This document shows positions 28,095-37,319 of a stretch of DNA of 64,000 nucleotides, piece after piece; the first letter of the stretch is position 1, and each line of letters starts with the position of its first letter. This DNA is from Arsenicibacter sp. (lineage in GTDB: Bacteria; Bacteroidota; Bacteroidia; Cytophagales; Spirosomataceae): positions 18,974 to 82,973 of the forward strand of contig CBDFHU010000025.1 of assembly GCA_965247375.1 (NCBI GenBank). Reading direction: 5' to 3'. The notes below the pieces were generated by a model. It worked only from the letters and a program-made list of their open reading frames with translations. It ran no database searches and was not told the origin of the DNA. Made by a program: the position numbers and the translations under genes.

Positions 28095-28976
28095 ATGACT
28101 GACCAGCACCTGCTTTTTCGTTTTGCGCCGACGCCCTCCGGATTCCTGCATTTGGGGAATGGCATCAATCTGGTACTGAATTACGTGCTGGCCCGGCAAC
28201 TGAATGCCCGGATTTTGCTCCGGATCGACGATCTGGATGCTGACCGGAAACGGCCGGAATATATCCGGGATGTATTCGACTGCATTGATTATCTGGGACT
28301 TTCCTATGATCTGGGTCCTGCCGGACCGGACGATTTTGACGCCCGGTGGTCGCAGGTGCACCGACGGGATTTGTACGGGCAGCAGTTACAGGCCTTACGG
28401 GCCACTGGAAAAATTTTTGCCTCCTTACTATCCAGAAAGCAATTACAGGCCTATGGAAACCGTTATCCAACCGATTGTCGGGTAACGGGGGCTGCCCTGG
28501 ATGCACCGGAAACGGCGTGGCGGATTCGTGTGGATGAGGCCCCGTTGTGGCGTCTGGAAGAGGAGACCGATTTTGTGGTGCGACGACGCGACGGGGTTCC
28601 GGCCTACCAGGTAGCCTCCCTAACCGACGATGTATATTTTGGAGTGACTCACCTTGTCAGGGGCGAAGACCTGAGACACTCTACCCGCATGCAGGCCTAT
28701 CTGGCCGGACTGCTGCTACCGGCAAACCCAAAAATGAGCGCGTTTCCGGACGCGAAGGTGTGGCACCATCCGCTTGTGCAGGACGCTGATGGCCGGAAAT
28801 TAGCCAAATCAGCAGGCAGTACCGCCTTAAAATCGTGGCGGGCGGCCGGTATTCCACCGGTCGCTGTGTATCAGGAGGCAGCCCGCCTGGCAGGTATCTC
28901 ACCGGTTGATATTCAGTCGCTAACAGACCTTGAAACGTCGGTTTCCATTGTTTTTCAGACTGTTAAAGAAAGTTAA
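28095..28976 (+). CDS. gluQ: Glutamyl-Q tRNA(Asp) synthetase-like protein (truncated GluRS, no anticodon domain)
   Basis: RFAPTPSGFLHLGN, LRIDDLD, DFVVRRRDG, VRGEDL, KLAKS. 293 aa. Confidence 0.75.
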   Translation: MTDQHLLFRFAPTPSGFLHLGNGINLVLNYVLARQLNARILLRIDDLDADRKRPEYIRDVFDCIDYLGLSYDLGPAGPDDFDARWSQVHRRDLYGQQLQALRATGKIFASLLSRKQLQAYGNRYPTDCRVTGAALDAPETAWRIRVDEAPLWRLEEETDFVVRRRDGVPAYQVASLTDDVYFGVTHLVRGEDLRHSTRMQAYLAGLLLPANPKMSAFPDAKVWHHPLVQDADGRKLAKSAGSTALKSWRAAGIPPVAVYQEAARLAGISPVDIQSLTDLETSVSIVFQTVKES

Positions 28977-29065
28977 AAATAAACCATTCAAACACTGTGG
29001 CGCGTTAGAGGTTTAACAGATACGTACTCAACTGACGACGACAAGTCCATTTTAATAAATTGATT

Positions 29066-30622
29066 ATGCAAAATTATTCGATCCTTTGGGCAGACGACGA
29101 AATCGATCTGCTTAAACCCCATATCCTTTTTCTGAAAAATAAAGGCTACCAGGTGACTCCTGTAAACAGCGGCGCTGATGCCCTCGAACAGGTCGAACAG
29201 GAAAAATATGACTTAGTCTTACTGGACGAAATGATGCCGGGTATGACGGGTCTTGAGACCCTGGCGCAGATCAAGCAGATGCGTCCGAATATGCCGGTGG
29301 TCATGATTACCAAAAGTGAAGAGGAACACATCATGGAGGAGGCGATTGGGGCAAAAATCGCTGACTACCTGATTAAGCCCATAAATCCGAATCAGTTGCT
29401 GCTGTCGCTGAAGAAAAATCTCGACAACAAACGGCTGGTTACCGAACGGACCAACATTAGCTACCAACAGGACTTCCGGAATATTGCTATGCAATATAAC
29501 GACCGGATTGATTTCAATGAGTGGGCCGAAATTTATAAGAAGCTCATTTACTGGGAGCTGGAACTCGATGGTGCGCAGGATCGCAGCATGGTAGAGGTCC
29601 TGAACATGCAGAAGAGTGAAGCCAACTCTAACTTCTGTAAATTTCTGGAGGACAATTACGAAGACTGGCTCAACGACCCGAAAGCGGATAAGCCGGTACT
29701 GTCGAACCAGCTGATGCGGAAAAAGGTATTCCCGCTGCTGGAGCAGAATTCACCGTTGTTTTTTATCCTGATTGATAACCTGCGGTATGACCAGTGGAAG
29801 GTAATTGAGCCGATTCTGTCCGACTTCTTCACGGTTGAAGAAGAATCGTCGTACTACTCTATTCTGCCGACAACAACCGGTTTTGCGCGGAATGCCATTT
29901 TCTCGGGTATGATGCCGAGCGAAATGGAAAAGCATCATTCAGACATCTGGGTGAATGACGAAAATGACGAAGAAGGACTCAACAACCATGAAGATGAGTT
30001 CCTGCGCCGTCAGCTGGAGCGGTCACGGCTCAATATTAAGTTCTCGTACAACAAGATTCTGAATACCAATCAGGGGAAATCGCTGGTCGATAACTTTAAT
30101 AACCTGATGCAGAATCAGCTGAACGTGGTTGTGTACAACTTTGTGGATATGCTCTCCCATGCCCGTACGGATATGGCGATGATCAAGGAACTGGCGCCGG
30201 ATGAGGCCGCTTACCGGAGTATCACCCGCTCGTGGTTCCTGCACTCACCACTGTATGAACTGGTACGGAAAATTTCGGATAAGGGAGGGCGTCTGATTGT
30301 GACCACTGACCACGGTATGATCCGGGTGCAGAAGCCGGCCAAAATCGTTGGTTACCGCGAAACCAATACCAACCTGCGGTATAAGCAAGGCAAAAACCTG
30401 GGCTTCGATGAAAGCCACGTATTGGTTTGCCGGAAACCGGAACGGTTCTTCCTGCCGAAACTGCACGTATCCACTGCTTATGTATTCACGCTTGAAGACT
30501 ACTTCTTTGCGTATCCGAACAATTACAACTATTACGTGAATTATTACCGCGATACCTTCCAGCACGGCGGGGTGTCGCTTGAAGAGGTGATCATTCCGTT
30601 TGCCTATCTCAAGGCGAAATAA
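29066..30622 (+). CDS. porX: T9SS response regulator PorX (receiver + PglZ domain)
   Basis: ILWADDEIDLLKPH, LLDEMMPG, IDNLRYDQW, SILPTTTGFARNAIF, TTDHG, FQHGGVSLEE. ATG at 29066. Confidence 0.9.
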   Translation: MQNYSILWADDEIDLLKPHILFLKNKGYQVTPVNSGADALEQVEQEKYDLVLLDEMMPGMTGLETLAQIKQMRPNMPVVMITKSEEEHIMEEAIGAKIADYLIKPINPNQLLLSLKKNLDNKRLVTERTNISYQQDFRNIAMQYNDRIDFNEWAEIYKKLIYWELELDGAQDRSMVEVLNMQKSEANSNFCKFLEDNYEDWLNDPKADKPVLSNQLMRKKVFPLLEQNSPLFFILIDNLRYDQWKVIEPILSDFFTVEEESSYYSILPTTTGFARNAIFSGMMPSEMEKHHSDIWVNDENDEEGLNNHEDEFLRRQLERSRLNIKFSYNKILNTNQGKSLVDNFNNLMQNQLNVVVYNFVDMLSHARTDMAMIKELAPDEAAYRSITRSWFLHSPLYELVRKISDKGGRLIVTTDHGMIRVQKPAKIVGYRETNTNLRYKQGKNLGFDESHVLVCRKPERFFLPKLHVSTAYVFTLEDYFFAYPNNYNYYVNYYRDTFQHGGVSLEEVIIPFAYLKAK

Positions 30623-30626
30623 AAAA

Positions 30627-30660
30627 GTGGTGGCACGACTTAAAGTAGTCGTGCCACCAC
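30627..30660. terminator. Hairpin (GGTGGCAC family), likely bidirectional terminator
   Basis: GTGGTGGCACGACT-TAAAGT-AGTCGTGCCACCAC, a 14-bp perfect stem preceded by an A-run. Confidence 0.7.
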
Positions 30661-30699
30661 TGTAACTGCTTCACCAGCCTCCTGCGTGAAACAGAATAA

Positions 30700-31389
30700 C
30701 TAGAAACTTCCCCCGATTACTTCGCTGATCTTACCATCGTTGACCCGTAGGGTCCGTGCAGGATATTTTTTGAGCAGATCGTAGTTGTGCGTGGCCATAA
30801 GCATGGCCGTTCCTGCATTATTGATCGCCTGAAAAACCTGCATAATCTGATCAGAAACGGCCGGATCAAGGTTACCGGTCGGTTCATCGGCAATCAGTAT
30901 CTGCGGCTCATTCAGCATGGCGCGGGCAATAACGACCCGCTGCTGCTCACCACCTGACATCTGATGCGGCATTTTTTTCTGAGCCGTACCCAGACCTACC
31001 TGCATCAATACATCAGCGACGCGGTTCTTCATTTTTGTTTTATCCGTCCAGCCCGTTGCTTTCAGCACGAAAAGCAGGTTTTCTTCCACATTCCGGTCAA
31101 AAAACAACTGAAAATCCTGAAACACGATACCGATTTTCCGGCGCAGAAAAGGTACGTCTTTCGGTTTAAGCTTATCAAGCGCAAAACCGGCAACGAACCC
31201 CTTACCGCCCTGAAGGTACAGGTCGGCGTACAAGGTTTTCAGAAGCGACGTTTTTCCACTGCCCGTTCGCCCGATCAGGTAAACAAACTCACCTTTGTGA
31301 ATAGAGAAACTGAGATCACCAAGGATCAGCTTTGGCCCCTGATAGATATCAGCATGATCGAGACTTAGAACGGGTTCTGTGTTAAACAT
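30700..31389 (-). CDS. ftsE: Cell-division ABC ATPase FtsE
   Basis: GRTGSGKT, LRRKIGIVFQDFQL, MSGGEQQR, ADEPTGNLDP, MATHN. Confidence 0.85.
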   Translation of the reverse strand: MFNTEPVLSLDHADIYQGPKLILGDLSFSIHKGEFVYLIGRTGSGKTSLLKTLYADLYLQGGKGFVAGFALDKLKPKDVPFLRRKIGIVFQDFQLFFDRNVEENLLFVLKATGWTDKTKMKNRVADVLMQVGLGTAQKKMPHQMSGGEQQRVVIARAMLNEPQILIADEPTGNLDPAVSDQIMQVFQAINNAGTAMLMATHNYDLLKKYPARTLRVNDGKISEVIGGSF

Positions 31390-31446
31390 AGCGAATGAGT
31401 CGGGAAAGGACATACAGCACCGATAACGACGCTGTATGCCGGCAAA

Positions 31447-32106
31447 TTACTTAGACGAAGCTTTTTTGTGGTCAGCCAGGAACTTAGCCAGACCAATGTC
31501 AGTCAACGGGTGGTTCAGCAGGGCTGTGATAGCGCTCAGTGGACCAGTCATCACATCAGCACCTACTTCAGCACACTGAATAATGTGCATCGGGTGGCGG
31601 ATTGATGCTGCCAGTACTTCCGTTGTATAGCCGTAATTGCGGTAAATCGTAACAATTTGCTCGATCAGAGCAACACCATCCGTTGAGACGTCGTCCAGAC
31701 GGCCAACGAACGGGGATACATAGGTGGCGCCGGCTTTCGCAGCCAGTAAAGCCTGGCCTGCTGAGAAGATCAGCGTACAGTTGGTCCGGATGCCTTTTTC
31801 CGAGAAATATTTAATGGCTTTTACACCATCCTTAATCATCGGAACTTTCACGACAATTTTCTCATCCAGCTCGGCCAGTTCTTCTCCTTCGCTGATCATT
31901 TCGTCGAATGTAGTGCCGATTACCTCAGCGCTCACATCGCCTTCAACGATGTCACAAATTTGTTTGTAGTGGCGCATGACATTATCCTTGCCGGTAATGC
32001 CTTCTTTAGCCATGAGCGACGGGTTCGTTGTTACCCCGTCAAGGACGCCCAGATCCTGCGCTTCGCGGATTTCGGCGAGGTTAGCCGTGTCAATAAAAAA
32101 TTTCAT
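31447..32106 (-). CDS. fsa: Transaldolase / fructose-6-phosphate aldolase family (TalC-type)
   Basis: [45 protein letters not shown]. Confidence 0.88.
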   Translation of the reverse strand: MKFFIDTANLAEIREAQDLGVLDGVTTNPSLMAKEGITGKDNVMRHYKQICDIVEGDVSAEVIGTTFDEMISEGEELAELDEKIVVKVPMIKDGVKAIKYFSEKGIRTNCTLIFSAGQALLAAKAGATYVSPFVGRLDDVSTDGVALIEQIVTIYRNYGYTTEVLAASIRHPMHIIQCAEVGADVMTGPLSAITALLNHPLTDIGLAKFLADHKKASSK

Positions 32107-32182
32107 GGTCTGTATATCGGACCTCCACGTCCGAATGATTAAAACCTGGATCCAAATACACGGGTATTTGGCTTACAGGGAG

Positions 32183-32190
32183 CAAAATTA
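32183..32190 (-). promoter_or_regulatory. -7 element for the transaldolase gene
   Basis: TAATTTTG on the minus strand. Confidence 0.55.
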
Positions 32191-32218
32191 AAGAATCGGT
32201 TTCGCAATCAAAACGCGG

Positions 32219-33370
32219 TCAGGCCACCACACGAGTGCCATCCTCAATTTTGCAGATATAAATCAGCGGCAACTGGCCAGTTTTGGCCTGATACTGCTCC
32301 GTAATGGCTTCCTTAAAGGCGTCCAGTGCTTCTTCCCGAACAAGGTTAATGGTACAGCCGCCAAAGCCGCCGCCCATCATCCGGGCACCCAGCACGCCGC
32401 GTTGCGTACGGGCAATGTCGACAAGGATGTCAAGCTCTTCACAGCTGACTTCATACCATTTGCTGAGGCCTTCGTGGGATCCGTACATTTTCTGGCCGAA
32501 TGCCTCTACATCGCCCGCTTCCAGATCAGTATAGCCGGTTAGCAGCCGGTCGTTCTCCTGCACAATATAGGCACAACGGCGGTACAGCAACGGATGCTGC
32601 TCTTTCAACTGCGTGTCGAGCATCTCCATTGTAGCATCGCGGAGGCTCTTAATAGCATCGCCGTAAGCGGCCTGTAAAATCCGTACGCCGGCCTCGCACT
32701 CTTCGCGGCGGGTGTTGTATTCCGATGACGCCAGTGAGTGTTTAACCTGCGTATCGCACAAAACGATCCGGAAACCTTCCATTTTTAACGGCGCATAGGC
32801 AAAATCCAGCGAACGGCAGTCCAGCCGGATCACATTACCGGCTTTCCCCATCATACTGGCAAACATATCCATGATACCGCACTTGAGGCCGACAAAATTA
32901 TTTTCGGCCCGCTGGCTCATTTTCAGCAAGTCGAGCCGCTCAACACCGAGGCTAAATAACTCATTGATAGCAAAGCCGACGCCGTTTTCCAGGGCTGCCG
33001 AAGATGACAGGCCGGCCCCGATCGGAATGGTGCCGCCGAACGCACAGTTGAACCCGCCGACGGTCAGGCCGGCCAGCTGAAACTGCTGGATAACCCCCAG
33101 CAGGTAATCCGGCCAGGAATCAGTCTGTGTCAACTGATCGGTATGACCCGTATACGATTCATTCAGATCAGCGGCAAAGAAGTGAAGTTCCTGATCCTGC
33201 CGCGGGCTGACGGCCAGAAAAATGGCTTTGTCGATGGCGGCGGGTAGCACAAACCCTTCGTTGTAATCAGTATGTTCGCCAATCAGGTTAACACGGCCCG
33301 GAGAGGCAATCTGTAGAGTGGGGGTAGTCCCGAATGCTTGCTGAAAGGTCTGCGTAAGATTTTCGAGCAT
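32219..33370 (-). CDS. galK: Galactokinase
   Basis: PGRVNLIGEHTDYNEG, PIGAGLSSSAA, CGIMD, GARMMGGGFGGC. Confidence 0.95.
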   Translation of the reverse strand: MLENLTQTFQQAFGTTPTLQIASPGRVNLIGEHTDYNEGFVLPAAIDKAIFLAVSPRQDQELHFFAADLNESYTGHTDQLTQTDSWPDYLLGVIQQFQLAGLTVGGFNCAFGGTIPIGAGLSSSAALENGVGFAINELFSLGVERLDLLKMSQRAENNFVGLKCGIMDMFASMMGKAGNVIRLDCRSLDFAYAPLKMEGFRIVLCDTQVKHSLASSEYNTRREECEAGVRILQAAYGDAIKSLRDATMEMLDTQLKEQHPLLYRRCAYIVQENDRLLTGYTDLEAGDVEAFGQKMYGSHEGLSKWYEVSCEELDILVDIARTQRGVLGARMMGGGFGGCTINLVREEALDAFKEAITEQYQAKTGQLPLIYICKIEDGTRVVA

Positions 33371-33510
33371 GAATGTATAGGGCTGGAATGTGTACTAATT
33401 ATGTTGGAAAGCGGCTGACAGAGCCGGCTGCTTAAAACATTGTTAAAAAAACGATTGAGCAGGCAAATTACGGAGAAGATGTGCGTTGTTTGTAAAAGCA
33501 CATAAAAAAA

Positions 33511-33601
33511 GGCAAATCAAGTGTCTCACCGCTACAACTACCTACCCTTGCTTCGGTCAAGACCTGGGGGATTCAGTAGGAGCTGGTAGCACCGATTTGC
33601 C
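33511..33601 (-). ncRNA. ffs: Small SRP RNA (4.5S)
   Basis: GGCAAATC...CCTACTGAATCCCCCAGG-TCTTGACCGA-AGCAAGGGTAGG...GATTTGCC. Paired termini, CAGG/AGCA helix-8 internal-loop motifs, and a T-run at the 3' end. Confidence 0.9.
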
Positions 33602-33606
33602 GGGTG

Positions 33607-33637
33607 CAAAATTAGGTATTTGTTAAGAGAATCCAAA
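33607..33637 (-). promoter_or_regulatory. Complete Bacteroidota sigma70 promoter of ffs
   Basis: TTTG-N19-TAATTTTG, ending 5 nt before the RNA 5' end. Confidence 0.75.
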
Positions 33638-33713
33638 TGTCGGATGTAGTTTTGTGCGGTAATTTAGTGCAGAAAAAAGCCGTTCAGGCTGTATTTTATT
33701 GATTATAAGCGTA

Positions 33714-34439
33714 ATGAAACAACTAAAAATTTTTATTGCTGTCTGCACTTTTCTGGCTTTTACGGGCTGTACATCGTCAGAAAAGGAACTTGAGCAGGGA
33801 CGTAGCTTAATGAAAGACGGAAAATTCAGGGAGGCTATTGAGCCGTTGAACATGGCTGTTAACGCAGATCCTGAAAATGCCGAAGCCTTTAATACGCGGG
33901 GAGTAGCCTATTTTGAGCTGAAAGAATACAGTAATGCCTTGCTGGACTACGAACAGGCAATCAAGCTTGAACCGGAGTTTTACCGTCCTTACTACAACCG
34001 GGCGCTGCTTAAAATGGCGCAAAACGAACAGAACGAAGCATTGAAAGATTATTCGGAGGCAATCCGGCTGGCTCCGGATACCGCCGCAACGGCCATTTCG
34101 GATATTTACCTGAACCGTGGCCAATTGTTTGCCTTACAGCACCAGGAGACAGCGGCGCTGAGTGATTTTTCGCAGGCCGTCGCTAAAAACGGAAAGAATG
34201 CACTGGCGTTCTATAACCGTGGTAATATTCTGTTTCAGCAGAAGAATCTGGCAGATGCTATGAATGATTTCAGGAAAGCCGTGGAAGTAGATTCCCGCTT
34301 CGGGAAAGCTTTTTATGCATTGGGCGTGGCGCAGATGATCAATAATGAAAAGGAGGCCGGTTGCCTGAGCCTGAAACAGGCCCGTCAGCTTGGCTATGCC
34401 GACGCCGTCGACGCCATTGCGCAATATTGTGATAAATAA
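33714..34439 (+). CDS. TPR-repeat lipoprotein
   Basis: Lipobox FTG-C and repeated NxRG/NRA TPR motifs. Confidence 0.88.
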   Translation: MKQLKIFIAVCTFLAFTGCTSSEKELEQGRSLMKDGKFREAIEPLNMAVNADPENAEAFNTRGVAYFELKEYSNALLDYEQAIKLEPEFYRPYYNRALLKMAQNEQNEALKDYSEAIRLAPDTAATAISDIYLNRGQLFALQHQETAALSDFSQAVAKNGKNALAFYNRGNILFQQKNLADAMNDFRKAVEVDSRFGKAFYALGVAQMINNEKEAGCLSLKQARQLGYADAVDAIAQYCDK

Positions 34440-34452
34440 CCCGGACGTAACC

Positions 34453-34794
34453 ATGAGAAAACTGACCGCCGTATTTTTTGCCCTGATATTCCTGCTTTTT
34501 GCCGCCTTTCAGTATAATGATCCGGATCCGGAAGTATGGATCCCGATTTACCTGATCGGGGTAGGAGCCTGTATACTGGCTTACTTTAAAACGGGACCGA
34601 TCTGGCTCTATGGGGTTATCGGGCTGGTTTATGCCGTAGCTGCCTGGCAGCAATGGCCGCCGGTTTTTGAAGGTTTCCTGCTTGATTCGATGGGTATGAA
34701 AACCATAAACATTGAACTGGCCAGAGAGTCCGGCGGGCTGGCAATCTGTGCCGTGGTCATCTGGGCACTGGGGTGGCTGGTAAAAAATAAGTAA
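34453..34794 (+). CDS. Transmembrane-220 family membrane protein
   Basis: FAAFQYNDPDPEVWIPIY...ELARESGGL. ATG at 34453. Confidence 0.8.
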   Translation: MRKLTAVFFALIFLLFAAFQYNDPDPEVWIPIYLIGVGACILAYFKTGPIWLYGVIGLVYAVAAWQQWPPVFEGFLLDSMGMKTINIELARESGGLAICAVVIWALGWLVKNK

Positions 34795-34795
34795 C

Positions 34796-34825
34796 AAAAA
34801 AAGGGCTGATCATCAGCCCTTTTTT
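34796..34825. terminator. Bidirectional intrinsic terminator
   Basis: AAAAAAAGGGCTGA-TCA-TCAGCCCTTTTTT. Confidence 0.85.
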
Positions 34826-34844
34826 ATATACTATCTATCTGTAC

Positions 34845-35102
34845 CTATACTGATCGCCGGCTGCCTTTGATCAGCGCTGCGATACCGAGAATAACGACTG
34901 CACCGACAAATGCCGTCAGTACACGGTCAAGGAAGCCACTGGCACCAGTTGCAAATGTGCTGCCGAAAATCCAGCCTCCAACAAGACCACCGATAATCCC
35001 TAACAGGATTTGCGTAAGCAATGAAAAAGAAAAGCGTTTAAAGAGCAGGTCGGCCAGCCATCCGGCTATTGCCCCTACTAAAATCCAGATCAAGAAGTTC
35101 AT
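34845..35102 (-). CDS. GlsB/YeaQ/YmgE family stress membrane protein
   Basis: WILVGAIAGWLA...ILLGIIGGLVGGWIF...TAFVGAVVIL. Confidence 0.88.
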   Translation of the reverse strand: MNFLIWILVGAIAGWLADLLFKRFSFSLLTQILLGIIGGLVGGWIFGSTFATGASGFLDRVLTAFVGAVVILGIAALIKGSRRSV

Positions 35103-35170
35103 AACATTGTTGAGTTAGTCTGCTACGTAAGTGTCGCAGTGATAACTTAACAACATAGGTCCGGAATTGT

Positions 35171-35932
35171 TCAGGATTTTACACCAATTAATGCCATCAT
35201 GCGTCCGGTTTGCCCTTTTTCAAGCCGGTGCGAATAATAGTCTTCATTGTTGAGGACGGTTGAGAAAGAAGAAATGCCGATTTGGGAAGACGGAATCCCG
35301 AAGTTGGTCAGCTGATGAACGTTGGCCGATTTCAGGTTGACAAACCAGGTTTCAGTATAGGCATCAAGCCGTTTAAATGCCGGAGCAAACTGCGCAGCGA
35401 CTTCGGCGCCTACTTCAAATGAGGTTTCATCAATGCAGGTACCGACATAGGCATAACAATCGGCCGGGCGCGTGTTAAAGCTGGCGCTCATCGCTTGCAG
35501 GGCTGCGGTAACCACGCCGCCGACCGTTCCGCGCCAACCCGCATGAATGGCTGCAACGGCCTGATTGTGGGCGTCATACACCAGAATCGGTGTGCAGTCA
35601 GCTACACTGACCCCAACAAATACATCTGGTGTATTGGTAATCAACGCATCATAGCCGCTATACCGCCCGGGTGTTTCGGCTACCAGTACGTCAATCCCGT
35701 GCACCTGGTGTGAAGTCGCTACCTGATCCGGCAGAATGCCGAGCTCAGTATACAGACGCAGCCGGTTTTCAGTTACGTTTTCTTCTGAGTCTGGTGTATT
35801 GTATCCGACATTCAGGGAGGCAAAGGGCGCCGGACTAACACCGCCGTGGCGGGTACTTTCAATGGCGGTCAGGTTCCTGAATTCGGTCAGATTGGGCGCC
35901 GGGCGGAAAAGCGGAAAGGGGTTTGGCATCAT
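35171..35932 (-). CDS. pgeF: Peptidoglycan editing factor PgeF (YfiH)
   Basis: STRHGGVS, HQVHG, DALIT, ADCTPIL, IHAGWRG, YSHR, GRM. Confidence 0.9.
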   Translation of the reverse strand: MMPNPFPLFRPAPNLTEFRNLTAIESTRHGGVSPAPFASLNVGYNTPDSEENVTENRLRLYTELGILPDQVATSHQVHGIDVLVAETPGRYSGYDALITNTPDVFVGVSVADCTPILVYDAHNQAVAAIHAGWRGTVGGVVTAALQAMSASFNTRPADCYAYVGTCIDETSFEVGAEVAAQFAPAFKRLDAYTETWFVNLKSANVHQLTNFGIPSSQIGISSFSTVLNNEDYYSHRLEKGQTGRMMALIGVKS

Positions 35933-36082
35933 GGCTGTTTGGGTTGTATCAGTTGTTCAGGAAAAAAGCCGGATATAAGCCGGCCTCTTCAGGGCATAAC
36001 TCATATCCGGCTACGAAAATAACAGTTACCAGTTATATTAACCGGTTTGTACTACTGCACAGCGGCCTGAACCGCCCGAAAC

Positions 36083-36913
36083 TTACTTGCCGCTATAGAT
36101 TTTGCGGAATGCTTTGGCGCTTTCGGCAATTTCAGGGCCGTTATTTTCCCAGTGATATTCATATTCGGCCGAGAGCGGACCTTTAAATTTCTGCCGCTTC
36201 AGTTCGGTCAGAACGGCAGGGATATCGCAGTCGCCGGTTCCCCAGATTACATCATGGTATTTGCCGTCAGGTGTATCTTTTTTCACATCCTTGAAATGAA
36301 GGCCGAGAATGTGCCCTTCGTATTTTTTCAGGCACTCTACCGGATTCAGACCTGAGCGTACCCAGTGGCCGATGTCTGCACAGGCACCCACGTATTTGCT
36401 GTTGCCGATTACGGCCAGAACCGAGTCCGGATGCCAGTATTTGGTAGGTTTCGGGTGATTATGGATGGCCACATTGATTTTATATTCATCTGCCAGACGA
36501 ATGATATAGGGCATCTGATTCTTATTCGGTTCGGTATTGATGTTCGGGATACCCAATGCTTTGGCAAACTCAAACAGTTGTTTCCAGTCCTCTTCCGTAG
36601 GCGCATTAACCACACCGTACGCAGAAATGGTCAACCCTTTATCCTTAATCATTTTCTTAACGGCATCGCGGGTGGCCGGACTCATCTTAAAGTCCATTTT
36701 GCCGTCGATGCCTCCGCCGATGGTCTGTCCCGGAAACGCTTCAACGTATTTCAGACCACAGCTGTCAATTTTGCGGAGGGCTTCAGCAAACGGGAATAAC
36801 CGGAATGAATAGGCTTGTGCGCCGAGTTTCCAGCCTGCTTTTTCTTCCGGATTTTTTTGCGCGAAGACGTTCCCCAGCAGGAGAAGGGCAGGGAGAATCA
36901 AAAGTTTTTTCAT
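36083..36913 (-). CDS. Secreted sugar phosphate isomerase/epimerase family TIM-barrel protein
   Basis: Signal peptide, LGAQAYSFR, AIHNH, CADIGHW, HFKDV, WGTG, SAEYE. Confidence 0.82.
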   Translation of the reverse strand: MKKLLILPALLLLGNVFAQKNPEEKAGWKLGAQAYSFRLFPFAEALRKIDSCGLKYVEAFPGQTIGGGIDGKMDFKMSPATRDAVKKMIKDKGLTISAYGVVNAPTEEDWKQLFEFAKALGIPNINTEPNKNQMPYIIRLADEYKINVAIHNHPKPTKYWHPDSVLAVIGNSKYVGACADIGHWVRSGLNPVECLKKYEGHILGLHFKDVKKDTPDGKYHDVIWGTGDCDIPAVLTELKRQKFKGPLSAEYEYHWENNGPEIAESAKAFRKIYSGK

Positions 36914-37011
36914 GGTAAATAACAGAATGAAACATGCCCGGACAAGGCACTATCCGGTAAAGGCAGCCGGCCGTTATTTTTACCATCAACAGGCGGAAAA
37001 CGAGGGTGAAG

Positions 37012-37088
37012 AAAAAAAATAGCTCCAATACGCTTCGTACTGGAGCCCCGCCACAGACGGCATAACCTTTAGCTCTCTGGTTATCTTA
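37012..37088 (-). ncRNA. Candidate small RNA or attenuator with intrinsic terminator
   Basis: Minus strand: ATAACC-N11-GGTTAT hairpin, then GCTCCAGTACG-AAG-CGTATTGGAGC-TATTTTTTTT. No CDS ends nearby. Confidence 0.35.
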
Positions 37089-37189
37089 CAAGTCTAACGT
37101 ATACAGCGGTCTTATTATTGCCCGAAGCTGACAATCCCGGAACCTGACCTGGGGAAGCGCGTGATTTTTTACCCTTTAAACAACTCTGC

Positions 37190-37197
37190 TAACTTTG
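37190..37197 (+). promoter_or_regulatory. -7 element for the receiver gene
   Basis: TAACTTTG. Confidence 0.5.
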
Positions 37198-37319
37198 GTG
37201 ATTTAGTAGTTTTTGTAACGGAAAAAGAACAATCCATTACTTCATCAGTTGAACAAATCATCAACTGGCAGCAACTTCGTAAAAAGAAAGTGTCAGATAC
37301 GTGAACAAAACGGGAAACT

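Noticed and set aside
29066-30622. PglZ domain as a sign of a BREX defence system
   Set aside because: It is a receiver-PglZ fusion typical of PorX, and no brxC, pglX or brxL lies nearby.
36986-37063. 25-codon minus-strand ORF (MPSVAGLQYEAYWSYFFSSPSFSAC) as a leader peptide
   Set aside because: The aromatic run is just the translated terminator/U-tract, and the downstream gene is not an amino-acid biosynthesis gene.
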